Positions 12,716-26,243 are shown, counted from the stretch's first letter. The stretch is 64,000 nucleotides of DNA from Octopus sinensis (GCF_006345805.1 NC_043005.1:98518001-98582000), one strand, 5' to 3'. Notes: generated by a model from the sequence alone, not told the origin. Made by a program: numbers and translations.

Positions 12716-13353
12716 TTGTTATGTATGAATGTTATAAAATGTGTTTGTCAGGCATCACAGTGCAGTAGTATATTCTACAACAGGGTTTCAATTTCACACT
12801 GGAATTGCTTCACTTCATTTATGTTCTTCTTGTATGAATGTCATAAATTCAATATATGGAAGTCTGGTGCAGTATCATGTTCACAACTTCACTATCTTTA
12901 CATTGAAGTTGATATAACAGAACAATATTTACATGGATTAAATGTCTGAGATGAGCTATTAATACAATTATAATTTTTCTGATTATTTTATCCATCTTTA
13001 GAAGAAAAAAAACATCTTTTAGTAATTGCATCAAATCAATTAAAGTAAAATATAGATAGAAATATTTGAAATTTGGCACAAGGCCAGCAAGTTTGAAGGA
13101 GTTATGTTGATTACATTGCCCCCCCCCCCCCAGTAGTCAACTGGTACCTATTTTATCAACTTTGAAAGGATAAAAGGCAAAATTGACCTTGGCAGAATTT
13201 GAATGCAGGATGTAAAGATGGACAGAACTTTGCTAAAGAAGCTTTTATAGATTTTACTCTTTGCCACAGGATGGTTTAGATGTTGGTACAGAAAGAAGGT
13301 TACCCCTGTTAAGTACCCATTACTAATTGCAGTTTATTGTGAAATCCCTAAAA

Positions 13354-14232
13354 TACTGGGTCATCCCATAAATAATGCGGTTTTTGTCAAGTGCATGAAG
13401 TAAAAGTTGAAGGGGGATGGGATAAACTACTTGCATCAACTTACTATAAAAGCAGGTGGTAATTTTACTTTGTGCTTATTCTTAGTGAAGGTTTTGAAGA
13501 GTGCAGTTCGATTTTAACAACTTTTTTTCAAAGCTATAATGGAAGTGACAAAGGAGTATATTTAGAATATTTTGCTTTGAGTTCAATAAAGGCAACGATG
13601 CAATGGAAAGTGTGAGGAATATTAATGCAGTATATGAAGATCAGACAATGGTGGTTCCAGAAATTTTGAGCTGGAAACTACAGCCTAAAAGATGAGCCTT
13701 TAGAGATCGATGAGGATATCCTGCAAACCCTGGTGGAACAAAATCCCATTGTAACTGTTGAGGAACTAGCAGAGAAGCTTGAATTTGGTCATTCAACCAC
13801 TCATTCAAGTCAGCACTAGAAGAAAAACAATCATCTTTGGTTTCAAGACAAAAGGTGTTCTTCCATCAGGATAATGCTTGGCCACATACAATGAGGATGA
13901 CATTTAAAAGGCTTGAGCAGTTTGAATGGGAAATGACTATATTCGCTGGACATTGCCCCATCTGATTATCATCTATTCCGCAGTCTTCAAAATCATTTGG
14001 ACAGAAAAAATAAGAATTCTGTAGATGAGGTCAGAACAGTACTGCAGGAGTATTTTTCATCATGGACAAGTGAATTTTGGAAGAGGGGCCTTGCGAGTCA
14101 GCCAGATAGATTGAAGAGCATTGTAGAAAATGAAGGAGAGTATATTTTAGATTAAAAATGAACTTTGTTTATCTTAATTTTGAAAAATAAAATAAATATT
14201 TAAAAAATGCATTATTTATGAGATGAGCCAAT
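13354..14232 (+). mobile_element. Internally deleted mariner element with both TIRs
   Basis: ~30-bp TIRs (tactgggtcatcccataaataatgcggttttt / aaaaaatgcattatttatgagatgagccaata). Translated remnants IDEDILQTLVEQNPIVTVEELAEKL, FHQDNAWPH and YSLDIAPSDYHLFRSLQNHL. Confidence 0.92.
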
Positions 14233-15735
14233 ATGTGCAAAATGGAAGCTGCATGTTTCTATGCAAGGAAATGTGAATTGATATGAAGACTTTGAGAAGC
14301 TTAAATTACAAGAGAACACAGTGAAAAGTAGCCAGAGTTTGTTATAGGGAGGTAAGCTACAGGAGAAAGTTAACAGAAAGTTGACTTTTCCATTGACAGG
14401 TATGTTTCTCAACTGTGAGACTGAGTCTATCAAAGAAGGATGATGTGTTTACAGGCAGACGTTATTACTATCTTCTGCTTCTTTTTCTTCTCATCCTCCT
14501 TTTTACCACCTTCACATTTTTCTTCATTTTCTGCAAAACTCCCTCAACCTTAAGTCTTGAAATCCCAGTTTCAGCCACTCCTACATTCTTTATTTTATTC
14601 TCCACATCATTTGTATAAAGAGGGCCATTGTAGGTTATGTTTGAGTTTTGAGTTTTGTTTCCTCTCTTTATTCCTGCTGTGCAGAGTAATCCTGTGTGTT
14701 GTCGAAGAAATACTGCTTACCTTGGACAGTTCCCAAACTCATAAACATAAGCCACTTCCCCATGTGGTTTTTCAAGAAAAAATTTCATATCCAGATGTCA
14801 GTCATAATTCAAGTACATTTTGTTTAAAGAACTTCAAGTATTCTTGAAGTAGTTTCAGTGTATGTGTGTACATACATACATCATCATCATCTTACAGTAA
14901 TTTTCCATGCTGGGATGGGTCAGAGGATTGTTACTGTCAAATCAGCATGGATTCAAGGATGCTGCTTGCCTAGACACATCAGGAAATCACATGTCGCTCA
15001 CTTTTAATTTGGGGGCTTTTTTCTTCTATGGCTGGATGCTCTTAATAATATGTACCACTTTACAGAATGTACTGGATGTTTTTTTATGGCACCAGCACCA
15101 ACACCAACAAAGGTTTTTATGGTACCAGCACCAACAAAGGTTACCTTGCAACTTGAAAGACTAAAGAACATGAGAGAAAGAGAGAGAGAGAGAGAGAGTG
15201 TGTGTGTGCGTGTGTTGACTCTGACAAGATGATGAATAAGGTACCATATTGGAAGAAAGAAAGGTGTGGGTTAGAGAAGATATGAGACAGTATAGAGATG
15301 ATAGAGAGGCAGAGGTGAGGGAGCTGTGAATAAATGCAATGAGAGGAAAAGAAACTGGTGGATAGAATAGAGGGGAAGAGAAGTGGGTGGGGCAGAGGAG
15401 AATGCAGTGAGAGTATCCCAGCCAGTAACATTCCCTTGTTAGCGTTTCCTTTGCCATATTTGCCCAACAGAGAAGATTTTGCTCTGGGACAGAATGTTTT
15501 AATTTGCTGCAGTCACTTTTTATCTGTGTACATGTGTGTTTTAACACCAGTTTCGCTATGCTTGCATAGACAGGCAGGGCTTCTTGAGTACTGCCTGTCT
15601 CTGGTCAGGTTTGTCCTTTTTCATCTCCTCCATGAAGTTCATCCAGATCTTTAGTCTTCCTCATTTCATCCCATGTCTTTCTGGGCCCTCTCAGTTCCAC
15701 AGATTTCATCTGTTGTAAGTGTTTTACACGTCTTT

Positions 15736-17296
15736 AAATAAATACTCAAATTAGACTGATATCAAAAGAGGCTGGTACGTGTGTGTGGGTATATCAATAC
15801 CTGATTAACCTTTTGGATGAGAGCATAGGTCTAATCAATCTATGTTTCAATTTTGATAACAATTAGCCTCATAGTTTAGGAGGAATTTTATTAAAGATGA
15901 ATAAGCTGAACTTAATAGATCCCTCTACAGCACTATACATGCAAACAGCATTTTTTTAAACCCCAGTTGCTCTCATCCAAAAGGATCACATGCCTTTACC
16001 AGAGCAGTTTTCTCTCTTGCATATTACACTTGCTTCCTTTTAGGTTCAGTTTTCCTATTTGATTTTATCAAATGGGTCCTGGTTGTCAATTGATTGCATT
16101 ATGTGAAGACAATATTGAGTGGTCACTTAATAATTAGACTTTCCTTATGATGCTACAAACACAATAGCCAGAGGTTCAAATCAGGTAATCTTGGAAGCCA
16201 CATCATACTGAAGAGCATATAAACACATGGTTTTCATGGTCCTTTCTAGATGTGAGTGACAGTAAGAGAAGTAAAATAAAAACCAGAGACTCTCTAGACA
16301 ATAGCAGGTGACATATTCAGCTAAACCTGAAATCTTTAAATCAGTTGTTCAAAAGCAATCCCATGTAGCTCTGATGAGTGTGAAAAAAGCTGCAGCAGTC
16401 TGAATATTGTCATGATGGAAATAAAGTCTAAACTGTTAATTAACCAAGTGAATAATCTCATTTTTATTAAACTTAATGGCCTTCCAATACCAGCATAGGA
16501 ACCAGATGTCTATGTACACAATTGGCTCAGGTTTTATCCTCCAGTATCTGAAATTCAAACAAAAGTAATGAAGTCTAAGGGTTTCAAATGCAAAACTTCA
16601 AGGGAAGCCTAAATAAATTATTTTTAGAACTGTATTTAACAAACTGTATTGCCAAGAGGGTTTGGAATCATGATTAGGTACATATCACCATTATGAAGTA
16701 GAATTTAGTATCAATGCTGGCTGGGGTAAAGAAAAAAAATGCTGTTTGCATGTATAGTGCTGTAGAGGGATCTATTAAGTTCAGCTTATCCATCTATATA
16801 TAAATGGCAAAATGTGTGTGTGTGTGTGTGTGTGTCCTTTATACAAATCCATAATTTTTCAGTTAGCACTTTCTATGGTCATTCAAAACCGTCCAAGGGT
16901 GATCGTGCACATCTTTACATTTCCCCAGTCACCCCGCAAAGCCATTAAAAAATAAATAGAAGTGACTTTTTTTGTGAATTTTCTATCCAAATCCCAATCA
17001 AAATGCCCAAAACTTGATACGCCAATTGAATGCCAGCTAGCTGTATGTGATTGGTCAGAGATTTGGACAGTATGTGCGCACGCATGCAGCTGTATATGCA
17101 TGCACTAGCACTATGACCAGGCGTTGCTGGGTTATAGTGCTAGTCTTTAATAAAATTCCTCCTAAACTATGAGACCAATTGTTATCAAAATTGAAGCATA
17201 GATTGATTATACCTATGCAAAGGTTAATCAGGTATTAATACACCCCCACACATGTACCAGCCTCTTTTGATATCAGTCTAATTTGAGTATTTATTT
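15736..17296. mobile_element. Long-TIR (~230 bp) non-autonomous element, right arm interrupted by a Helitron-like insert
   Basis: 15736-15966 is the reverse complement of 16721-16792 joined to 17144-17296. Confidence 0.8.
16793..17143 (+). mobile_element. Non-autonomous Helitron-like element
   Basis: 5' TC start, internal (GT)n, 3' hairpin actagcactatgacc...ggttatagtgctagt, CTAG end. Inserted at A|T with no TSD. Confidence 0.8.
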
Positions 17297-17874
17297 TTTT
17301 CTAAGGCAGTTACTGCGACATGGGCTTGCTGTGCTCACTTGTACATCCCCATCATCTAAGTAGCACCTTCAGCATTCTCCTACTTCTTTTTCAGTACTAT
17401 ACCACTGTGTATATATGCATTCAATAACAGAGACACTGTCTATATTTATCCCAGGGTATTTCCTACAGATGGTATTGTATGTTGTTTTAGTCACACATCA
17501 ATCACAGTGGGATGTATTAAACCGGTGACATTTTGGGGCAGCGATAAGTTATTCACTGAGGAATAAATTGAGTTCTGGAAGTGCTTTGTAGTGTGCTTTC
17601 TTGCAGACTACCAACCAAGTCATCAGTCTTTCCCCTCTGACAATTTTATCTTTACTACCCCTGCTGCCTCCTCCCCACTTTCATCTGCATCCTGCTATCT
17701 CCCCCAACACATGGCTTCTCGCACATCTGCCCTTCAACACTACCTGTTCTGTTAGTCTGCCTCCCACCCCTCTCCTTCTTTACATACAGTCTTGCAAACT
17801 GATTTTTCAACTCACCTTATGCCTTGTGGGGGTCTTCTAGGTACCTTATCACCATCATCTCTTTTAGCTCCAAC

Positions 17875-17965
17875 TATTATTATTATTATCATTATCATTA
17901 TCAACTATTCATTTTGCATAATAATAATAATAATAATAATAATGATAATAATGATAATGATGATG

Positions 17966-18030
<65 letters not shown>

Positions 18031-18092
18031 GATAATGATGATAATGATAATGATGATAATAATAATGATAATATAATAATCATCATCATCAT
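17875..18092. repeat. Compound (AAT)/(GAT)/(CAT) microsatellite
   Basis: Directly visible. Confidence 0.98.
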
Positions 18093-18538
18093 TTAGTGTC
18101 CGCTTTCCATGCTAGCATGGGTTGGACGGTTCAACTGGGGTCTGTGAAGCTGGAAGGCTTCGTCAGGCCCAGTCAGATCTGGCAGTGTTTCTACGGCTGG
18201 ATGCCCTTCCTAACGCCAACCACTCCGTGAGTGTAGTGGGTGTTTTTTACGTGCCACCTGCACAGGTGCCAGACAGAGCTGGCTAACGGCCACGAATGGA
18301 CGGTGCTTTTATGTGTCGCCGGCACGGGGGCCAGGCGAGGCTGGCAATGGACACGAACGGATGGTGCTTTTACAGGCCACCGACACGGGGCCAGACAGAG
18401 CTGGCAAACGGCCATGAACGGATGGTGCTTTTACGTGTCACCGGCACGGGGGCCAGGCGAGGCTGGCAACGGACACGAACGGATGGTGCTTTTACGTGCC
18501 ACCGACACAGGGCCAGACAGAGCTGGCAAACGGCCATA

Positions 18539-18540
<2 letters not shown>
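18080..18540 (-). mobile_element. 5'-truncated RTE-type LINE 3' UTR with five ~60-bp tandem units
   Basis: Same 3' end as the RTE copy at 27095-27742, with (GAT)n tail. Confidence 0.85.
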
Positions 18541-18574
<34 letters not shown>

Positions 18575-18682
18575 TAAAGGCAGTGCTCCAGCATGGCCGC
18601 AGTCAAATGACTGAAACAAGTAAAAGCGTAAAAATAATAATAATAATAATAATGATAATAATAATAATAATAATAATGATGC

Positions 18683-18716
<34 letters not shown>

Positions 18717-18720
18717 AATG

Positions 18721-18752
<32 letters not shown>

Positions 18753-18774
18753 TATAATGATAATAATAATAATC

Positions 18775-19340
18775 TTGCCCTGATGCAGTACCAGACAGTG
18801 GCTCTCATGGCTTCTGATCTTAACTGATTGGAAGTGTTATCATGTACATTGTTTTGTCTTGGTATAAAAGATGGGCTACAGCAAATATTGTGCTCAATAC
18901 CACAGATTTGCTTGTCAGTTGTTTGACCGTAACCAGTTGAGCATGTCCTTTAGTAGCTGACAATATGTGCATCACTGATCACAAGCAGAAGTAGTGGAGG
19001 AGATCATAGCTGTGTGTTGAAAGGAGTTCTTAAAGGTTTGGATAATTCACCTTTGGAAACGTGGGTGGTTCGTTCAACATCCTTAAACAACCCTTACGCA
19101 GGGACCTTTTAGCAGGATGGGCTACTTGACCAGAAGAAAATTGTAACTTGGTCCCACCTGCAAGGTCATGTGCTGTTTATCTTGATATGAGATCACCATG
19201 TCGCACACATTTGGTTGTGATGCATGTGCCTGGTGTACCCTTATCAGACAGGTAGTCATGATGGGTATACTGGGCTTCGTATATTTTACCCCAGTGTCAC
19301 TTTGATGGCATGCACTGCTCTCTCACTCAATAATAACAAT
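18775..19340 (+). mobile_element. ~560-bp (AAT)-tailed non-coding retroposon
   Basis: Ends gtcactttgatggcatgcactgctctctcactc(AAT)n. A homologous copy lies on the minus strand at 59755-60160. Confidence 0.7.
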
Positions 19341-19360
19341 AATAATAATAATAATAATAA

Positions 19361-21648
19361 CTTCTGGTTGAAATATCTAACAGGAATGTACAAAAAGCTG
19401 GCTGAAAACTTTAACAACATACTAGCAGAGCCAGAGACAATGCCAGAATGGCTCACGAAGGAGTAAACCATTATAATTCCCAAATCAAATGAGACAGCAA
19501 AACCTGAAAACTACAGACCTATAACCTGTCTCCCTACAATGTACAAGGCATTTACTGCAGTGATATCGCAGAGATTGAACAAGCACCTGGACAAAAACAA
19601 CCTGTTTCCAGAAGAGCAGAAAGGATGCCGCAAAGGCTCATATGGCTGTAAAGATCAACTAATGATCAATAAAGCCATAACTGAAGACAGCCACAGAAAG
19701 AAGAAAAGCCTCAGTATGGCCTGGATCGACTACAAAAAGGCGTTTGATAGCATCCCCCACACATGGATCCTCGAAACACTAGCCATTAACAAAGTAGCAC
19801 CAACAATTCATAGGACACTCTATGAATAAATGGCAAACAGTGCTACAGCTCCAAACAAAAGAGGGACTCATGAAAACCAAAGCCATCCCCATTAGAAGAG
19901 GAATATTCCAGGGAGACATGCTCTCTCCACTCCTTTTCTGCTTGGCACTGTCACCTCTGTCTGATATGCTAAATAGAACTGGATGTGGATATAAATGTTA
20001 CAGCAAAACGATCAGCCACCTTTTATAAATGGATGACCTAAAACTATACGCTGCAAATGATAAACAGCTGGAAACACTATTAAAGACAGTTCATGGATTT
20101 ACCAAAGAAATAGATATGAAATTTGGATTAGAAAAATACGCCAAAGTAACCCTGAAACTAGTTAAGAGTAGCAACATCACACTAGATAAAACCAATAAAA
20201 TAAAAGAATTAGACCAAAGCCAAACTTACAAATACTTAGGAATCCATGAACTAGATAAGACACAACACACACAAATGAAAGAGAAGATAAAAAAAGAATA
20301 TTATAGACGAGTTAGATCAATACTAAAAACAGAGCTCAATGCTAAAAACAAGATAATAGGTATTAACACTTTAGCTGTCCCAGTTATATGTTACAGCTAC
20401 AATATTCTTAACTGGACACTAAATGAACTGACCAAAATAGATAGGAAAGCAAGAAAAATAATGACAGGATCTAGGATGCATCACCCAAAATCTGACATAG
20501 AAAGACTATATATACAATGTATAGAAGGTGGTAGCGGCCTTATACAGCTGGAAAACTACTATAAAATAACCACCATAGGACTGCAAAAATATCTACTTCA
20601 GAAGGAAGGAAAACTGATACAAATAGCGGCAAAACACAAGCAAAACAAAAAACTGTTCTCAGTATTTAAGGAAGCTGACAAATACAAACAAGAAATCATA
20701 CCACCTAATAAATATGAAGAAAAAGAAGAAGAAGATGAAGAAACAACAAAAGCTATAAAACAAATGAAATCCAAACTAAAACTAGAACAGCAAAGAACCA
20801 TGATAAAACGATGGCAAGAAAAGCCCCTTCATGGTAAATACTGGACTAAACTAAATGCAAAAGAAATAGACAAAGAAAAATCCCAATAATGGTTGAGAAG
20901 CTCAGGACTCAAAGCAGAGACAGAGGGATTTTTAATTGCAGCACAAGACTAAAGCCTCCCCACCAGAAATTACCAAAAACATGTAATGAAAAGAAATATA
21001 ACAAGTAACTGCAGAATATGTGGAGATGGACAAGAAACAATAAATCATATTATCTCTGGCTGCCCAGTCCTGGCTAAGAAGGAATATATTCACAGACATG
21101 ACAGAGTTGGGACGAACATACACTGGAAGCTATGCCAACATTATGGAATAACAACAGAAAAAAGATGGTATAGGCACACACCAGAAAAGGTCACAGAAAA
21201 CAAGATGCCGATACACAGATAAAGAAATTAAGGCCAACAGACCAGATATAGTTGTCAGAGATCATGAAGGAAAAAAATACTTTCTAATTGATGTATCAAT
21301 ACCAGAAGATGACAACGTGTCTCTAAAAGAAATGGAGAAACTTTCAAAATACAAAGACCTGGAAATAGAGGTAACCAGAATGTGGAATCTAAAAACAGAA
21401 ACAATTCCTATCATAGTAGGTGCATTAGGCATTATAAAAAAATATTCAGACAAATACATAACAAAAACACCAGGACTTACAAACATATAACATACAGAAA
21501 ATTGCACTACTAGGCACTGCACACATCCTATGCAGAACACTTTCCATACAATAACCATCAGAGCATCACAACAAATCACAGCACATACCCAAGGCACACA
21601 GAGCTGCGCTCGGTAGTGAAGTGAAAGCACGCTATAAAAATAAAACTA

Positions 21649-21651
<3 letters not shown>
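19361..21651 (+). mobile_element. 5'-truncated R4/Dong-like RLE non-LTR retrotransposon, copy 1 (pseudogenised)
   Basis: RT motifs NYRPITCL, WIDYKKAFDS, RGIFQGD and mutated YMDD (TAA-MDD). CCHC knuckle CRICGDGQETINHIISGC. RLE motif RPDIVV...LIDVSIPED...KLSKYKDL. Flanked by (AAT)n on both sides. Confidence 0.93.
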
Positions 21652-21683
<32 letters not shown>

Positions 21684-21684
<1 letters not shown>

Positions 21685-22110
21685 TCTTTTGCTGTAGGTA
21701 CAAGGCCTGAAGTGGGAGGGGACTAGCTGATTACATCAACCTCAGTGTTTCACTGGTACTTTTTGTCGACCCGAAAGGCTGAAAGGCAAAGTCAACCTTG
21801 GCAGAATTTGAACTCAGAATGTGAAGACGAATGAAATATCACCATTTTGTCTGGCATGCTAACAATTATGCCAGGCTGCCACCTTAATAATAATAACCCT
21901 TTCTACAATAGACACAAGGCCTGAAGCTTTTGGTGTAGGGGCTAGTCTATTATATTGACCCCCAAAGTTAAACTGGTACTTTTTTTATCAACCCCGAAAG
22001 GATGAAAGGCAAAGTTAACCTCAGCAGAATTTGAACTGAGAATGCAAAGACAAAATGCTGCCAAGTATTTTGTCCACTATGCTAATGATTCTGCCAGCTT
22101 ACTGCCCTGA
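21684..22110 (-). mobile_element. Two degenerate family A SINE copies
   Basis: Each contains gaaaggcaaagtcaacc...gaatttgaactcagaa. Confidence 0.75.
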
Positions 22111-22564
22111 TAATAACAACAACTTAGATTTCATTTGGTGAAAAACAAAAAAGATGATACCCATCATGCTCAGTGGAGATTTATGGAAGCCTAACTGTGT
22201 GTTACATGATATTTCCTGCATCTGAAGCATATGGTGCAATAATTTAAATACCCAGGTTGCTGTTAATGAGACTGTTGGTATTAATTAATGAGCTAAACTG
22301 GTCATTAGTTTTATCTTGGTCCTACACTTATCAAAACACACACCAGATTTTCTTTTCCTTAAATATGAAAGAAAAGAGAAATACAAAGAAAGGGAAAAAG
22401 AAGGAAAGAAGAGAAACCAAGAAGGTATAATAATAATAATAATCATAGAAATTAGAAAAGCTGTTGTCATGGTGAGTCATTTCATGGCAACAAAAATAAG
22501 ACTGCAAATATTGTGAGTTCAGGGAAAAAGACAACAAACCCACACACACACACACACACACACA

Positions 22565-22605
<41 letters not shown>

Positions 22606-23019
22606 ACAAACATACACACAAACACACACACAGCTGCTTTTATATTTGTATATGTACTTACGTGGATGATTGTGTCTGCATGTACGTCTTTTTTTTATCT
22701 GTTGTTTATCTTTATATTAAACCGACTATATGTCTATCTTCCAAGCCATGCTTGCGTGTGTATGTATGTATATACATACATACCCTGTTGCAAGAAGAGA
22801 AGCCAGACATCAGGTGTATCTAACAAGGATAAAGGCCCAGAGACCAAGAAGTGTACCAATGATGACCAGAGGCATAAGTTATTCTAGATACCTAGGCAGT
22901 GTGTCTGAGAGAAAATCGAGACTTCACAGGGGAAAATTATGTACAGAATGGTAATATATCTCCAGTGCACGAAAGTGCTATTATGTGAGATTGTTGAATG
23001 AGAAGAATGCATGAGAGGA

Positions 23020-23230
23020 AGCAGGTATAACCCATGTACACCCAATGAGAGAGTAGCCATCTTAGTTGACAGCATTATGATGGATGAAGCAGTTCAGGAT
23101 AAGAAGGCAGGGAAAGCCTCTGGTTCATCAGGTATTACTGCTGAGATGCTTAAAATATCTGTGTGAGATTTATGATGTTCACCCACATAGTAAATCAAGT
23201 AGTACAAAAGAGTATTTTATTCAGTAGGGG
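23020..23230 (+). mobile_element. RTE-type RT fragment
   Basis: Translates to DEAVQDKKAGKASGSSGITAEMLK. Confidence 0.6.
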
Positions 23231-23769
23231 TAGACTAAAAAGGGAGAGATGAGATGTTCAGTTGGCAGAGAAGTTGTGAGGGGAAAGGAAGACAGTGAGT
23301 GGGGGGAGCTGTGGGTGAATGCAGCAAGGGTAGTGAGAGAAAGGGCTGGAGAGTACCATAGAGGTACTTTTGAAAAGTTGAGGTGCACCTGAGCACTGTA
23401 TACAATAATTTCATTATTATTATTATTATTTTAGAAGAGCAGAGGATGAATGAGAGAAAGTATCCCAGGCATTGAAGCTGTGATGCGAAGGCAGTGGGTA
23501 AGAGAGGCAGGAGGTTGCAGTTGGTGAAAGCAATGAGAGCAGAGAAAAAGAGACCTGAGGGAAGAGGAGGGTAACATAGAGGTGTGTGCGAAGAGCAGAA
23601 GATGAATGCTATGAGAGTATCTTAAGCAGGGAGGCTGTGGAGAGAGAGCACTGGATGAATACAGCACAAGCATCCCAACCATCAACACTCTCCTTGTTAG
23701 CATTCTCTCTGCCATACTTGACGAAAAGAGCAGCTTTTCACAAGTACAGCATGTCACCAATTGTGGTAG

Positions 23770-24340
23770 TCACTTCTTACTTGTGAGGTTCAACATCCTG
23801 AGATCAGTTTTCATCACTTCCTCCCATGTCTTTCTGAAGTCTTCCTCTTGCACAGGCACCATCCACTTCAAGCGCTCACCATGTTTGGATACATCTGTCA
23901 TCATGCATATGCAAGCTGTATCTGATACTTCTTACACACAGTTTTTCTCACAGCTCATCTGTACCATGTCAGTCATGCATGCTGACATTACACATTTACT
24001 GAAGCATTCTTGATTCATTTATGTCTAATGTTCACAAATCTTTTGCATTCAAAGCCCAGTTCTCACTACCATGTAGCACCACATTTCACATACAAGCATC
24101 ATACAATCTGCCCTATACTTTGAGTGAAAGGCTCTTTGTTACCAACAGAGGTTGTAACTCCCTGAATATTTTCCACCACGTTAGTGCTCTCATTACTATG
24201 CTTTCAGCACCCTCAAACCCGCTGCCAATTAGGTTACTTTGCTAACAAAAGCTACTGACTATTTCTAGAGAGCCTTCTGAGCTGCACTCTGGGCTTAATG
24301 CTCCTGCACATTTGGCACATACGAAAGTTACCTTTCCTAT
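23770..24340 (-). mobile_element. Degenerate RTE ORF2 C-terminal fragment
   Basis: Minus strand gives WWKIFRELQPLLVTKSLSLKV*GRLYDACM...LHGSE. Confidence 0.75.
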
Positions 24341-24610
24341 TAGCCAGTCTGTGGTTTCACTACACCTCCTGTGTATCCATTGTTTACTCTGGGCACACTT
24401 TAGGAAGTTTCTTTCAACATCTTTTATGCATATTAAGCATATATATTTTCTTGTTTTCTTTTCTTAGCATAAATTTAGTCTTGTTTAAGTTTACTTTAAG
24501 GCCCTTAAATTCCAGGTTTTGCTTCCATATCACCAATTAAATCACCAAATCTTCCACATATTCTACTATAAGGATACAGTTTAAGACCATCCGTTATGAT
24601 AATAATAATG

Positions 24611-24646
<36 letters not shown>

Positions 24647-24649
<3 letters not shown>

Positions 24650-26202
24650 GATTTACCAAAGAAATAGATATGAAATTTGGATTAGAAAAATACGCCAAAG
24701 TAACCCTGAAACTAGTTAAGAGTAGCAACATCACACTAGATAAAACCAATAAAATAAAAGAATTAGACCAAAGCCAAACTTACAAATACTTAGGAATCCA
24801 TGAACTAGATAAGACACAACACACACAAATGAAAGAGAAGATAAAAAAAGAATATTATAGACGATTTAGATCAATACTAAAAACAGAGCTCAATGCTAAA
24901 AACAAGATAATAGGTATTAACACTTTAGCTGTCCCAGTTATATGTTACAGCTACAATATTCTTAACTGGACACTAAATGAACTGACCAAAATAGATAGGA
25001 AAGCAAGAAAAATAATGACAGGATCTAGGATGCATCACCCAAAATCTGACATAGAAAGACTATATATACAATGTATAGAAGGTGGTAGCGGCCTTATACA
25101 GCTGGAAAACTACTATAAAATAACCACCATAGGACTGCAAAAATATCTACTTCAGAAGGAAGGAAAACTGATACAAATAGCGGCAAAACACAAGCAAAAC
25201 AAAAAACTGTTCTCAGTATTTAAGGAAGCTGACAAATACAAACAAGAAATCATACCACCTAATAAATATGAAGAAAAAGAAGAAGAAGATGAAGAAAAAC
25301 AAAAGCTATAAAACAAATGAAATCCAAACTAAAACTAGAACAGCAAAGAACCATGATAAAACGATGGCAAGAAAAGCCCCTTCATGGTAAATACTGGACT
25401 AAACTAAATGCAAAAGAAATAGACAAAGAAAAATCCCAATAATGGTTGAGAAGCTCAGGACTCAAAGCAGAGACAGAGGGATTTTTAATTGCAGCACAAG
25501 ACTAAAGCCTCCCCACCAGAAATTACCAAAAACATGTAATGAAAAGAAATATAACAAGTAACTGTAGAATATGTGGAGATGGACAAGAAACAATAAATCA
25601 TATTATCTCTGGCTGCCCAATCCTGGCTAAGAAGGAATATATTCACAGACATGACAGAGTTGGGACGAACATACACTGGAAGCTATGCCAACATTATGGA
25701 ATAACAACAGAAAAAAGATGGTATAGGCACACACCAGAAAAGGTCACAGAAAACAAGATGCCGATACACAGATAAAGAAATTAAGGCCAACAGACCAGAT
25801 ATAGTTGTCAGAGATCATGAAGGAAAAAAAAGCTTTCTAATTGATGTATCAATACCAGAAGATGACAACGTGTCTAAAAGAAATGGAGAAACTTTCAAAA
25901 TACAAAGACCTGGAAATAGAGGTAACCAGAATGTGGAATCTAAAAACAGAAACAATTCCTATCATAGTAGGTGCATTAGGTATGATAAAAAAATATTCAG
26001 ACAAATACATAACAAAAACACCAGGACTTACAAACACATATAACATACAGAAAATTGCACTACTAGGCACTGCACACATCCTATGCAGAACACTTTCCAT
26101 ACAATAACCATCAGAGCATCACAACAAATCACAGCACAAACCCAAGGCACACAGAGCTGCGCTCGGTAGTGAAGTGAAAGGACGCTATAAAAATTAAAAC
26201 TA

Positions 26203-26205
<3 letters not shown>
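24647..26205 (+). mobile_element. R4/Dong-like element, copy 2 (shorter 5' truncation)
   Basis: About 99% identical by eye to 20093-21651. Flanked by (AAT)n. Confidence 0.93.

Positions 26206-26221
<16 letters not shown>

Positions 26222-26243
<22 letters not shown>

Noticed and set aside
16368-16440. CTGATGAG followed later by GAAATAAAGTC as a hammerhead
   Set aside because: No credible stem II or stem I pairing.
18245-18540. Repeat-spacer pattern with a hairpin repeat, superficially CRISPR-like
   Set aside because: The intervening segments are homologous to each other, the array lies in an RTE 3' UTR, the DNA is eukaryotic and there are no cas genes.
20029-20889. 286-aa ORF, the longest in the window, as a host gene
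   Set aside because: It is an internal piece of the disrupted Dong-like RT ORF, bounded by premature stops.
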